Source of the DNA: a virus
Taxonomy: Duplodnaviria > Caudoviricetes
IMG/VR virus record: IMGVR_UViG_3300029288_000134
Location: 22,177 to 86,176 of that record
Strand: one strand, 5' to 3'
Length of the DNA stretch: 64,000 bases
The position numbers were made by a program, and so were the translations under genes. The notes below the pieces were generated by a model, which was not told the origin of the DNA, did no database searches, and saw only the letters and a program-made list of their open reading frames with translations. Of this stretch, positions 16,448 to 26,152 are shown piece by piece; position 1 is the stretch's first letter, and each line of letters begins with the position of its first letter.

Positions 16448-16649
16448 AGAGTGGGTTGTGGAATATCGCACAATGTCTACTCCTGAGATTTATACTGTTG
16501 AACACCACCATAAAGACGGAAAAATATATCGTGCGATGCCACAGGCGGTACCTGAGATTGGTGGCAGGATACTTACTTCTTATGACTGTCCGTCATGTGG
16601 TTGTTACGTATTTGTTGACTGGATTCAAAATCAACTGAAAGGAGGATAG
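16398..16649 (+). CDS. small protein with a CPSCG motif
   Basis: AAGGAG RBS before MARGERF at 16398; YDCPSCGC. Confidence 0.55.
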   Translation: MARGERFAKTLTKQLSKEWVVEYRTMSTPEIYTVEHHHKDGKIYRAMPQAVPEIGGRILTSYDCPSCGCYVFVDWIQNQLKGG

Positions 16650-16653
16650 GGTA

Positions 16654-16740
16654 ATGTGGTTTAATCCTACGCCAGAGCCGCCGCGCCCGACAGAGGGCAC
16701 CGGCAAAGGCAATGGCGACAGTAGCAGTCAACCAAAGTAG
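16654..16740 (+). CDS. 28-aa Pro/Gly/Ser/Thr-rich peptide (MWFNPTPEPPRPTEGTGKGNGDSSSQPK), not in the ORF track
   Basis: AGGAGG RBS 8 nt upstream; fills the gap between two ORFs. Confidence 0.5.
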   Translation: MWFNPTPEPPRPTEGTGKGNGDSSSQPK

Positions 16741-16766
16741 TTCGACAGATCAAAAGGGAGGGTATT

Positions 16767-17006
16767 ATGGCTAAAGTTAATTCTGGTTCGTGGTTCAATT
16801 TGTTTAGTGCAAAAAGTGACCAAGGTCCATCTCAACAAGTTCTTGACCGCAGTCGTATGAAGGCCAAGAAAGTAGAACGTAACCGAGCGCAACGCAAGGC
16901 AACCACATTGCATCACAATTATCTTCATGCTCACGGAAGAGCATCTAATTCATATCACAAGGGAAGTAGTGGAACCGTACATGCTGGACAATCTCGGTGG
17001 AAATAG
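16767..17006 (+). CDS. small basic (K/R/H-rich) protein
   Basis: GGGAGG RBS; strongly basic composition. Confidence 0.6.
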   Translation: MAKVNSGSWFNLFSAKSDQGPSQQVLDRSRMKAKKVERNRAQRKATTLHHNYLHAHGRASNSYHKGSSGTVHAGQSRWK

Positions 17007-17321
17007 TTGATGTCTGAGTCCGAATTCGGCTATATGGAATGGCGCTGCATATTCTGTGGCTCAATAAATCAAGTGCAACCTCTAGAATGTTGCACTCCAT
17101 GTAGCGGATGCGGATGTGACTGGCAAGATGGTGGAGTATGGACACATGGTGCAGTATACTCTAGACCAAATACGATGGCGGCCTATACTCCGCGTCTTGC
17201 CGGTCCAGTATCTACTACAAGAGCAGAACAAGAACAAGATCCATACTTTGAAATGGAGGGATTTGAAATGGCTAAATGCGGCAGTAAGAGTAAGGGAAAA
17301 AAGAAGGGCAAGAAAAAGTGA
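17007..17321 (+). CDS. zinc-ribbon protein with a Lys-rich tail
   Basis: CIFCG...CCTPCSGCG. An internal GGAGG RBS precedes MAKCGSKSKGKKKGKKK at 17268. Confidence 0.55.
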   Translation: MMSESEFGYMEWRCIFCGSINQVQPLECCTPCSGCGCDWQDGGVWTHGAVYSRPNTMAAYTPRLAGPVSTTRAEQEQDPYFEMEGFEMAKCGSKSKGKKKGKKK

Positions 17322-18004
17322 ATATTGTATTAGGGTCAATCTTTCGCAACAGTACATCTTATCTTAATACTTGCTTCGAGCAATTGGCAATGTTAAACGA
17401 TGAACTTGTTTCTCGTGGTCATTCATTTCGGATGGTTTTTGCCGAAGGTGATAGTGTAGATACTACGCGATACGAGCTAGATAAGTTTGCTAAGGGACGC
17501 AGCATTACCATTATTGACAGATCTCACGGTGGTCCATATTGGTGCAGTGCTGATATTCCCGAGAGGTGGGAATCTCTAGCATGGGTGTGCAATGGAGTAT
17601 TAGAGCAGATTCGAATAGACGACAATGCTTTTATCTATGTCGAATCTGATCTTGTCTGGGATACTAATACAATGCTCGCATTGCTGGATGATTTACAAGA
17701 GAAACCAGCAGTAAGTCCATTAGTATTACATGCAGATGGCTGGTTCTGGGATGGAAATGGTTTTCGCATTGATGGACAGGGTTTCGGTGTTTACCCACCA
17801 TATCATCCCAAATATGTAGAGAATGGGTTTACTCAGATGGGAAGCGTTGGGTCGTGTTGTGTAATGTGGTCAGATATTGGACGATTGTGTAGATTTGCAG
17901 GACCGATAAATCACTGGGTTGCCTTCTGTGATGCAATATATCAAAAAGGGTTCTCGGTGTGGTTGGATTCAACTCAAAAGATTATTCATCCTATAAGGAA
18001 GTAA
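17318..18004 (+). CDS. GT-A fold glycosyltransferase (GT2/Anp1-like)
   Basis: FAEGDSVDTT, DxD-like IYVESDLVW, MGSVGSCCV, VWLDSTQKIIHP. Confidence 0.75.
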   Translation: MNIVLGSIFRNSTSYLNTCFEQLAMLNDELVSRGHSFRMVFAEGDSVDTTRYELDKFAKGRSITIIDRSHGGPYWCSADIPERWESLAWVCNGVLEQIRIDDNAFIYVESDLVWDTNTMLALLDDLQEKPAVSPLVLHADGWFWDGNGFRIDGQGFGVYPPYHPKYVENGFTQMGSVGSCCVMWSDIGRLCRFAGPINHWVAFCDAIYQKGFSVWLDSTQKIIHPIRK

Positions 18005-18005
18005 T

Positions 18006-18704
18006 ATGAGACACGTAATCACAATGACTCACTTTAGGCGACCAGAATACAGCAAGCAAGTTCTAGATGCTTTGCGTAATTGTGTCGGGATTGAGAAATA
18101 TACGATTGTGGCGCATGTTGAACCGGGCGGGCCAGCAGAAGTATGGGATACAGTAAAAAGCATTGATTTTGCAGAATGTGTCCCTGTTCTAAATACCAGT
18201 GTGCTCGGAATAAATATGAATACCTTCGAGGCATTGCGGCATGGATTCAGTCTTTCGGATGTTGATTTTGTTATTCATATTGAAGACGATACTCTCCCAT
18301 CAAAAGACGCACTTGCTTATTTCGAATGGGGAGCAGAAACATATAAAGCTGATCCCGAGATATTAAATATTTCAGGATTTGTGAGAACTACACAACATCA
18401 AGAAAATCCATACCTAGTACATCGAATACCTTATTTTTCGAGTTGGGGATGGGGTACATGGCGTGATCGTTGGGAAGAGCCGGGTGGAATGCTCGAAACC
18501 TGGAATGACTATGCGCGGGATGTTCATATTCATCAGGCTATACGCCGTGACAGAAAAGAAATCTCGGCATATCAGTCAAGAATCCAAAATATTGGAAGAC
18601 TGGGAGGTGCAAATATGGGCGCTGATATTTGGGAGCAATGGGCAAATGTTCCTGCTTTTATTGCAGATCTTGAACCAGGACTATACGAAGAGATTTTAAC
18701 ATGA
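18006..18704 (+). CDS. GT-A fold glycosyltransferase
   Basis: HFRRPEYSKQVLDAL, VIHIEDD, FSSWGWGTWRDRW, SRIQNIG. Confidence 0.8.
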   Translation: MRHVITMTHFRRPEYSKQVLDALRNCVGIEKYTIVAHVEPGGPAEVWDTVKSIDFAECVPVLNTSVLGINMNTFEALRHGFSLSDVDFVIHIEDDTLPSKDALAYFEWGAETYKADPEILNISGFVRTTQHQENPYLVHRIPYFSSWGWGTWRDRWEEPGGMLETWNDYARDVHIHQAIRRDRKEISAYQSRIQNIGRLGGANMGADIWEQWANVPAFIADLEPGLYEEILT

Positions 18705-19363
18705 TTAATGTATTAGTTGCAATTCCAATAAATCCAAATATGAGTAGCTACCTTGCTGGAATGGCCAAGGGAAATGTTACAAAATTTACTGATTTTAATC
18801 CAGGCATGAAGTTTGAATATGCTTTTAACGAACGATTCTATACTGGTGACAACCTTCATGGTTCAAGTCGCCATGCGCAAGCAAGAAATGGCATCCTTGA
18901 TATAGTTCTTTGTCCCGAGCATGATTATATTCTATGGATAGACGCGGATATTATTCTATATCCTGCCGACCTACCAAGTCTTTTATATGGCACAGACAAC
19001 AATGCAGTTGTTGCTCCGCTTGTTTTACGTGAAGGCACAGATGCTTTTTATGACTTCAATGGGTTTATAGAAGCTGGAAATAAACGCATGGCCCGAGTAT
19101 GCCCACCTTATTTTGAGCAGAAAGGACCGATAGTCGAGTTAGACTCTGTTGGATGTGTTTATATGATGCCAGCACTTCCATTTCATAATGGCGTTCGTTA
19201 CAAGACAGTAGATGGGCATACTGAGCATTGGTCGGTAATGGAAGAATATCGCAAACAAGGCCATCGCGTAATTTGTAATAAAGACATTGTAGTTATTCAT
19301 GCTGATCTTCAAAAATATGGCGAAGATTGGCACGATAACAAATCACTGGGAGGGAGTAGATGA
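18701..19363 (+). CDS. GT-A fold glycosyltransferase (Anp1/Mnn9-like)
   Basis: ILWIDADI, VELDSVGCVYM, VIHAD. Confidence 0.8.
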   Translation: MINVLVAIPINPNMSSYLAGMAKGNVTKFTDFNPGMKFEYAFNERFYTGDNLHGSSRHAQARNGILDIVLCPEHDYILWIDADIILYPADLPSLLYGTDNNAVVAPLVLREGTDAFYDFNGFIEAGNKRMARVCPPYFEQKGPIVELDSVGCVYMMPALPFHNGVRYKTVDGHTEHWSVMEEYRKQGHRVICNKDIVVIHADLQKYGEDWHDNKSLGGSR

Positions 19364-19869
19364 AAATAGAAATTGGCTCAGGGGAAAATCCTGATCTTGG
19401 CTATGATATTCACACAGATATGCTAGCGCTGCCTCACGTTGAGTGTATTTGCCCTATGGACAAGATACCATATCCAGATGCTACATTTGATGGACTTAGA
19501 GCAAATGATGTACTGGAGCACCAATCCTGGGAGTTGATTAAGCCGACTCTACTAGAATGGAATCGCATACTCAAACCAGGGGCAGATGTTTTCATTCAGG
19601 TTCCTAATGGCAGACATATTATCCTGATGTATGCAGGTGGAATGTTTACAATCGAACTTGCTAATTACTATCTCATGGGAGGTCACACTGAGCGACCTGC
19701 ATATCGTGGCGTTGACAAGAATAATGTTCCTCTCTGGATATGGAATGCACATCATACATTTTTTGATGATGCTTGGCTTAAAAAGAACCTAGAGGAAACA
19801 GGGTTTACTAATATTCAGATTACCGCTAATGAAATCGGCAATCTTGAGTGTAGGTGTAATAAGTCATGA
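19360..19869 (+). CDS. class I SAM-dependent methyltransferase (type 11-like)
   Basis: KIEIGSG, IPYPDATFD, VLEH, EWNRILKPG. Confidence 0.85.
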   Translation: MKIEIGSGENPDLGYDIHTDMLALPHVECICPMDKIPYPDATFDGLRANDVLEHQSWELIKPTLLEWNRILKPGADVFIQVPNGRHIILMYAGGMFTIELANYYLMGGHTERPAYRGVDKNNVPLWIWNAHHTFFDDAWLKKNLEETGFTNIQITANEIGNLECRCNKS

Positions 19870-20639
19870 TAGATCAGGCATATCCCAATGGAAGCCTTAC
19901 TGTTGAACCTGCAATTTGGGAATCAGACGTTCTTGAAGTTAGGGCTGTAAAGATCAAGGATTTTATAGCACCTTCATACAAGGACGCGCTAGAATTACTG
20001 AAACCCATTATTTCGAGGGGTTCGTTTGATTTTATAAGTATTGATTGTTCTAATTTGTCATCGTACTATCTTGTAGCGCTTGAAGATGCCGGATTCCACA
20101 TTGGATCTCATTACACAGATTATCTTATCGAGATAAATGACAATGCTCTAAAGTTGATGGAGTCATATAGAGGTAGGTATAATATACGCCAAATGCGGCC
20201 ATCTGATTCCAGCAGCGTTTCCAAGATAGCATCTGATGCATTCGATACTGGCAGATTTATGGCTGATCCACATTTCCCAGATGGATGGGGAGAGAAATTG
20301 TATGGTGCATGGGGCGAAAACTCCTGCAAGGGCTATGCCAGCGCCGGGGTTGTATGCTTGTCGCAGGACAAGATAATTGGTTTTATGACAGCAAGGGAAC
20401 ATGATTCTGCTCGGGCAGATATGGACCTAATCGCGGTATCCAAAGAGTTTGTTGGAATGGGAGTCGGGGCATCTTTATTGGCAGAGATGATATACAGGCT
20501 AGATGAAAGGTTTATTGATAGTGCAATTGCCAGGACAGAGAGATGTAATCAAGAAATCAACGGCATGTATGAGTTTTTCAGATTCCCAATTATCAATACT
20601 GGAATAGTTATGCATTGGGTTAAGAAAGGATTAAGCTAG
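19866..20639 (+). CDS. GNAT N-acyltransferase, WecD (dTDP-fucosamine acetyltransferase)-like
   Basis: GRFMADPHF...KLYGAWGENSCKG, acyl-CoA motif LIAVSKEFVGMGVGASL, MYEFFRF. Confidence 0.75.
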   Translation: MIDQAYPNGSLTVEPAIWESDVLEVRAVKIKDFIAPSYKDALELLKPIISRGSFDFISIDCSNLSSYYLVALEDAGFHIGSHYTDYLIEINDNALKLMESYRGRYNIRQMRPSDSSSVSKIASDAFDTGRFMADPHFPDGWGEKLYGAWGENSCKGYASAGVVCLSQDKIIGFMTAREHDSARADMDLIAVSKEFVGMGVGASLLAEMIYRLDERFIDSAIARTERCNQEINGMYEFFRFPIINTGIVMHWVKKGLS

Positions 20640-20640
20640 A

Positions 20641-20913
20641 ATGAACAAACAAGAAGCACTAGGTATTATTTACAAAGTAATTGACAGTAGCGAGTGGCCG
20701 CTAGAAAAGAAAGAGGACTCTGTTATATTCGGAAAGAACGCAACACTAGATTCACTTGGCGTTGTATCGTTCATTATTGACGTAGAGATAGAGTTAAGAG
20801 CAGCAGGGTCGCCGCTGATATTGGCAAACGATAAGGCTATGTCGCGTTACACGAGTCCATTCAGAAATGTTGGCGTACTTGCTGATTATATCGTGGAGTT
20901 GACCAATGATTGA
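20641..20913 (+). CDS. acyl carrier protein
   Basis: 90 aa; phosphopantetheine site LDSLGVVSFI. Confidence 0.85.
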   Translation: MNKQEALGIIYKVIDSSEWPLEKKEDSVIFGKNATLDSLGVVSFIIDVEIELRAAGSPLILANDKAMSRYTSPFRNVGVLADYIVELTND

Positions 20914-21607
20914 TACCCCTGTTATGCTTATTACGGGTGCAACTAGCGGAATAGGAAAGTTTCTTGCTGAAGGTTATTCTTTCACAGAGAGATACAAGGT
21001 AATTGGTTGTGGCAGAAGAGATCCTATTGATCTTGGAAGTGTTCGCTACTATCAGCTAGATGTTTCTGATGAGCAAGCTGTGGTGGATATGCTTAGTGAC
21101 GCATATTCGTTGTACGGCAGACTAGATATTGTAATTAACAACGCTGGCGTTGCTTCCATGAACCACTTTCTAACTACGCCGATCAGTAGTTTCGACAAGG
21201 TGTTTGAGACTAACGTCAAGGGAACGTTTCTGGTGAGCCGAGAGGCTGCGAAGCTGATGAAATCACATGGCGGCAGGATAGTCAACTTCACATCAATAGC
21301 AGTCCCTTTTTCCCTAACAGGAGAGTCTGTTTATACAGCATCCAAGACAGCGATTGAGTCTCTCACAAAAGTAATGGCCCGAGAGCTTGCACCGTTAGGA
21401 ATTACCGTAAATGCCGTTGGTCCATGCCCTATAGCAACCGACTTACTAAAGAATGTACCGGAAGACAAGATTGATACCATTCTGAGCAGCCTTGCAATTC
21501 ATGAGTATGGCATGGAAGCAGATGTACTTAACGTTATAGATTTCTTTATCAATCCAAAAAGCAATATGATTACTGGTCAAGTCATCTATTTAGGTGGTGC
21601 ATTTTGA
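20906..21607 (+). CDS. SDR oxidoreductase, FabG-like 3-oxoacyl-ACP reductase
   Basis: ITGATSGIG, INNAG, YTASK, ITVNAVGP, ITGQVIYLGG. Confidence 0.88.
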   Translation: MIDTPVMLITGATSGIGKFLAEGYSFTERYKVIGCGRRDPIDLGSVRYYQLDVSDEQAVVDMLSDAYSLYGRLDIVINNAGVASMNHFLTTPISSFDKVFETNVKGTFLVSREAAKLMKSHGGRIVNFTSIAVPFSLTGESVYTASKTAIESLTKVMARELAPLGITVNAVGPCPIATDLLKNVPEDKIDTILSSLAIHEYGMEADVLNVIDFFINPKSNMITGQVIYLGGAF

Positions 21608-22863
21608 GTATAGAATGGTTTCTTGATCGTATGCGCACTTTTGGCAACCGTGATGCGATTATTCTACAGGACCGAGATTGTGTTGCTACTTATAATGACC
21701 TGCTCGACGAAATAGATAGACAAAAACCTGCCCCGTTATCAAGTTTTGCTATGGATGACCCCGTATCTGACATTGCACTCATGCTGTCTGCAATAAACAA
21801 GGGCTATGTAGTTGTTCCGTTGCCTAAGTTTGACACGAGGCGCGATAGAAAAATAGAACTTGTTGCAGGCTCTCTTGATTTTATTGATGAGGTAGTGCTG
21901 CCAGGAAAACCTGCGCTTGTAGTGTTCACAAGTGGGTCAACGGGCGATGAAAAGGCGATTCTGTTTGCAGCAGAACAAATGATGGAACGTTATAGACAAC
22001 TGTATCCACCGAGGACTAGGTTGTCATTTTTGCAATTGGATCATCTCGGCGGGATTCATACTGTATTATACACCTTGTCTAACGGCGGAACCATTGTTGT
22101 TCCAAGGGATAGAAATCCACAAACTATTTGCGAGGCAATAGAGAAGTATAAAATAGAGGCGCTTCCTGTAACACCGACATTTCTAAATATACTTCTTGCG
22201 TCTGAGGCATATAAGGAATACGATCTTTCTTCTTTAAGAGTTGTTACATATGGAACTGAGGTTATGCCCGAGTCTGTACTGAAAAGAATAAGCAGGGAAT
22301 TGCCATACGTTAAGTTTAAGCAAACTTATGGATTATCAGAGCTAGGTGTAATGCACGTAAAGTCCAGGGACTCAGTTTCTACTTGGATCAAGATTACAGA
22401 TGATAAATACGAAGCAAAAATACAGGATGGGACATTATGGGTGCGTACAGAATTTGCTATGAAGGCGTATCTTAATGCACCTAATCCATTTGATCACGAG
22501 GGTTGGTTTAATACACACGATAAAGTTGAGTTTGATGGCGAGTGGATGAGGATACTTGGCAGAGACACGGACATCATTAACGTTGGTGGATTAAAAGTGT
22601 ACCCAGTCGAGGTCGAGAACGTGTTATTAGATATGCCTGGAGTTATTGATGCATTGGTTGATGGTATATCAAATCCATTCACTGGAAACGCCGTTGCCGT
22701 AACATTGCAAATAGAAGAGCGATTTGACGCAACTATTATCAAGAAAAGAGTCAGGGATTTTTGCAAAGGGAAACTAGAGTCATACAAAATCCCGGTATTA
22801 GTAGATGTTACAACTGTGCCACTTACTGGACCTAGATGTAAAAAGATAAGGACTGTTGTGTAG
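21604..22863 (+). CDS. adenylate-forming (AMP-binding) acyl-ACP/CoA ligase
   Basis: VFTSGSTGDEKA, QTYGLSE, GWFNTHD, GRDTDIINVGG.KVYP.EVE, YKIP. Confidence 0.88.
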   Translation: MSIEWFLDRMRTFGNRDAIILQDRDCVATYNDLLDEIDRQKPAPLSSFAMDDPVSDIALMLSAINKGYVVVPLPKFDTRRDRKIELVAGSLDFIDEVVLPGKPALVVFTSGSTGDEKAILFAAEQMMERYRQLYPPRTRLSFLQLDHLGGIHTVLYTLSNGGTIVVPRDRNPQTICEAIEKYKIEALPVTPTFLNILLASEAYKEYDLSSLRVVTYGTEVMPESVLKRISRELPYVKFKQTYGLSELGVMHVKSRDSVSTWIKITDDKYEAKIQDGTLWVRTEFAMKAYLNAPNPFDHEGWFNTHDKVEFDGEWMRILGRDTDIINVGGLKVYPVEVENVLLDMPGVIDALVDGISNPFTGNAVAVTLQIEERFDATIIKKRVRDFCKGKLESYKIPVLVDVTTVPLTGPRCKKIRTVV

Positions 22864-23570
22864 TGCAAACACTAGGAGCAGTAATAGTAAGCGAACATGC
22901 AGATTTACTAGAATCTGTATTGCTATGGATGAGAGATACCGAGTTATTTGATCAGATAGTAGCAGTTGCAGATGTTAAGGGAGGGCCTGATACTGAACGT
23001 GTTGCGCATGAACTTGCTGATATATCTACCGTGATGAACGTTCCTCATCAGGGCGCGGTATTGGATGCTGCTTTTCTACTCTGTAACACAGACTGGGTTT
23101 TTCGCATGGATGATGACGAAAGAATGGGAACGCTTTTTGTGGAAGGTGTGCGCAATCTTATAGAGCGAGATATGCATGACGTATATCATTTTCCGCGCTA
23201 TTGGCTTTGGCCAGACACAACACATTATATTAGTAATGGATGTTGGGTATATAACGAGGATAGACAAACTAGACTTTGGAAGAGAGGTTGTGTAGGATCG
23301 CAAGGTTCAATTGACCCAGGGGCCGTTCACGTTGACCTGGTTCCGAAGCCAAATTCAAGAACTGCTGTAAATGCACTAGACTGGCATATCTTTCATTATG
23401 TCCTGCTTACTCCTTATGAAGAAAGATTGAAAAAGGTGGCTCGATATGCACAAATAGAAAATGTCCCGCTAGGGGATTATAGAAAAAGAATAGGCCAGTT
23501 CTACTTACCTGAAGATTCTAATAACGTTGAGGTTGGCCATTGTACCGAATGGCCTTGGGGTATATTATGA
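22863..23570 (+). CDS. GT-A fold glycosyltransferase (GT2, WaaE-like)
   Basis: DWVFRMDDDE, QTRLWK, VHVDL, HIFHY; GTG start. Confidence 0.75.
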   Translation: MQTLGAVIVSEHADLLESVLLWMRDTELFDQIVAVADVKGGPDTERVAHELADISTVMNVPHQGAVLDAAFLLCNTDWVFRMDDDERMGTLFVEGVRNLIERDMHDVYHFPRYWLWPDTTHYISNGCWVYNEDRQTRLWKRGCVGSQGSIDPGAVHVDLVPKPNSRTAVNALDWHIFHYVLLTPYEERLKKVARYAQIENVPLGDYRKRIGQFYLPEDSNNVEVGHCTEWPWGIL

Positions 23571-24082
23571 TAGATACAAGCAATGCACTAAAAATAGATG
23601 GGTGGATGTTTGACGATGAACTAGAGTGGTTAGCGCAACAAGCACAAAAGCATCAGAATATTCTAGAAATAGGTTCGTGGAAGGGTCGTTCTACTCGCGC
23701 ATTAGGAGACAATACCCCTGGAAGAGTTTGGGCGGTTGATTATTGGCTAGAACATGATTGCGAAATGAGACAGTTCCTTGAGAATTTGTCGGATCTGATT
23801 ATTGCCGAAAGGGTAATAGTGATGCGCACAACCAGTAATAACGTAACTACTATGTTGCACAATACGCACCGCTCCTTCTTTGATATGATATTTTTAGATG
23901 GCGACCACTGTTACGAATCTGTAAAATCCGACATCTCAAATTGTATTCCGTTATTATCCCCTGGAGGCATATTGTGTGGACATGATTATTCTGTTGCATG
24001 GGAGGGGGTGATGCGGGCAGTTGAAGAGATTCTGCCGAACTTCTATTTACACAATACTATCTGGTACAAGGAGATCAAATGA
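23567..24082 (+). CDS. class I SAM-dependent methyltransferase (Methyltransf_24-like)
   Basis: ILEIGSWKGRST, DMIFLDGDHCYE, LSPGGILCGHDY; likely start MIDTSNAL. Confidence 0.85.
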   Translation: MIDTSNALKIDGWMFDDELEWLAQQAQKHQNILEIGSWKGRSTRALGDNTPGRVWAVDYWLEHDCEMRQFLENLSDLIIAERVIVMRTTSNNVTTMLHNTHRSFFDMIFLDGDHCYESVKSDISNCIPLLSPGGILCGHDYSVAWEGVMRAVEEILPNFYLHNTIWYKEIK

Positions 24083-25062
24083 GGGTATTAGTTACTGGAA
24101 ATCTTGGTTATCTAGGTAGCGTTGCAACGAGTATGCTGCACGAGAACAATCACGATGTTCTAGGAATTGATATGGATATATGTGCTATTTATCCCGAACA
24201 CGAATATGATATTCGCGTTATTGATTGGGACAAATATCTGCCATATGTCGATGCTGTTGTTCATCTAGCGGGTGTATCTAATGATCCCGCTTGTGAACTT
24301 GATGACTCGCTTACTTACGATATAAATAATGCGGCAACGATTGTGTTGATAGAGGCGGTAAATAGATGCCCCAATATCAAGAAGTTCGTGTTTGCTAGTT
24401 CTGCAAGCGTGTACGGCTCTAGTGAGGAAGTATCAACAGAGTCATCAAGGCTATCCCCAATTTCTGCTTATGCACTTAGCAAGCGTATGGGGGAACAACG
24501 GATACTTGGCTATCTAGACGGGCGCATTCGACCAACCATACTAAGACTCGGGACATTATTTGGGAAGTCTATCTATAGGCAAAGGTTCGATCTAGCAATT
24601 AACTTAATGGTCAAGGATGCCGTTCTTAACAATGAGATTAAGGTATATGGTGGCGATCAATGGAGGCCGTTTCTTCACGTTAATGATGCCGCGAGTGCAA
24701 TTTTATTTGCATTAACAGATAACAGGATAGTAGATTCAAGTATATATAATGTGGCAATATCCAATATCAAAATAAGCGATCTTGCCGTACTTATTAAAAA
24801 CAGACTAGATTCTATGGGCTATCACGGCATTAATATAAATACATTTTCGCTTGATGATCAGCGTAATTATCGCCTTGATTGTTCACTAATAAAGAGTATT
24901 GGATTTGATCCTTTGCACACTATTGATATGGGGATATGGGAAATGTCTTTACTAATAAAAGATATGGTTACAGGTGGGTACAATCTGGAAGATTCACGAT
25001 ACTACACAATAAAACTATGGAAAAAGTGGGTGGAGAAATATGGAACGAATCCCGTTCTCTAA
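24079..25062 (+). CDS. NAD-dependent NDP-sugar epimerase/dehydratase (extended SDR)
   Basis: VLVTGNLGYLG, VVHLAG, FASSASVYG, YALSK, LRLGTLFG, WRPFLHV.D. Confidence 0.9.
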   Translation: MRVLVTGNLGYLGSVATSMLHENNHDVLGIDMDICAIYPEHEYDIRVIDWDKYLPYVDAVVHLAGVSNDPACELDDSLTYDINNAATIVLIEAVNRCPNIKKFVFASSASVYGSSEEVSTESSRLSPISAYALSKRMGEQRILGYLDGRIRPTILRLGTLFGKSIYRQRFDLAINLMVKDAVLNNEIKVYGGDQWRPFLHVNDAASAILFALTDNRIVDSSIYNVAISNIKISDLAVLIKNRLDSMGYHGININTFSLDDQRNYRLDCSLIKSIGFDPLHTIDMGIWEMSLLIKDMVTGGYNLEDSRYYTIKLWKKWVEKYGTNPVL

Positions 25063-26152
25063 ACCATCTATAAATCAAGATGACATAGACGCCGTATCTG
25101 ATGTCATGCGCTCGGGATGGCTGACAATAGGTAACGAAGTAGCTTCTTTCGAGCAAGAGCTTGCAGAACGACTTGGTGTCGAGTATGTGATATGCGTAGA
25201 CTCATGTACGTCTGCCCTGACCCTAGCTATAGAATCATACATGCCATTTTCTGGTAAGATATGTATTCCAGCATTGTCATTTATAGCAACAGCAAACACT
25301 GTAGTAAAAGCTGGCGGCGAGAATAACTTAGTGTTTTGTGATGTTGGTTGTGATGGCAATATTAACCCTAACAAAATACCAAAAGATGCGGAGATTGTTA
25401 TTCCGGTTCACTATGCTGGCCAACCATGTAATATGGATGATATTGTTTTTGGAAGAACAGTGATAGAGGATGCCGCACATGCATTCGGCGCAACGTACAA
25501 CAACGCCATAGTTGGCGCTGCTAGTTACCGTGATTATCAAACTACATGCTGTTTTTCATTTTACCCCACCAAGCCAATGACTACAGGGGAAGGCGGGTGT
25601 ATTACTACTAATTATGAACGAATAGCTAATTATGCAAGAAGCATGTCGTTGCACGGACTAAGTGCTGGTCATGCGAATAGGTACGAGAGATCAAGCAGAA
25701 ATCATCCAGTCGTTGAGCAACGTCCTGGTTACAAAATGAATATGACTAACATCGCAGCGGCCCTTGGGAGACAACAGCTTAAACGACTCGATTACATGCT
25801 TGCGGCGCGTAGAAAAATAGTTGCACGTTACCAGGACGAATTATGGAGCACGGTAGAGTGTCTGCCATTTGCTGACTTCACAGGTCACGCATGGCATATC
25901 TTTGTAATCCTAGTAGATAACCGAGATGATGTTGCACAGAAACTTGACAGTCTCGGGATTGGAACTGGTGTGCATTATAATCCACCGTTACATCTTCATC
26001 CTTGGTATCAGAAAAAATATGGGCACGTTACAGGAGATTTTCCTGTTGCGGAAAGGATTGCAAAACGATGTCTTAGCTTGCCACTATTCCCAGATATGAC
26101 AGATCAACAAGTAGAACGAGTAATTAAAGCAGTAAAATCAATTGTTGGCTAA
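25040..26152 (+). CDS. DegT/DnrJ/EryC1/StrS PLP-dependent sugar aminotransferase
   Basis: SGWLTIG, PVHYAGQPC, IEDAAHAFG, FSFYPTKPMTTGEGG (PLP Lys), GYKMNM, LSLPLFP. Confidence 0.93.
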   Translation: MERIPFSKPSINQDDIDAVSDVMRSGWLTIGNEVASFEQELAERLGVEYVICVDSCTSALTLAIESYMPFSGKICIPALSFIATANTVVKAGGENNLVFCDVGCDGNINPNKIPKDAEIVIPVHYAGQPCNMDDIVFGRTVIEDAAHAFGATYNNAIVGAASYRDYQTTCCFSFYPTKPMTTGEGGCITTNYERIANYARSMSLHGLSAGHANRYERSSRNHPVVEQRPGYKMNMTNIAAALGRQQLKRLDYMLAARRKIVARYQDELWSTVECLPFADFTGHAWHIFVILVDNRDDVAQKLDSLGIGTGVHYNPPLHLHPWYQKKYGHVTGDFPVAERIAKRCLSLPLFPDMTDQQVERVIKAVKSIVG

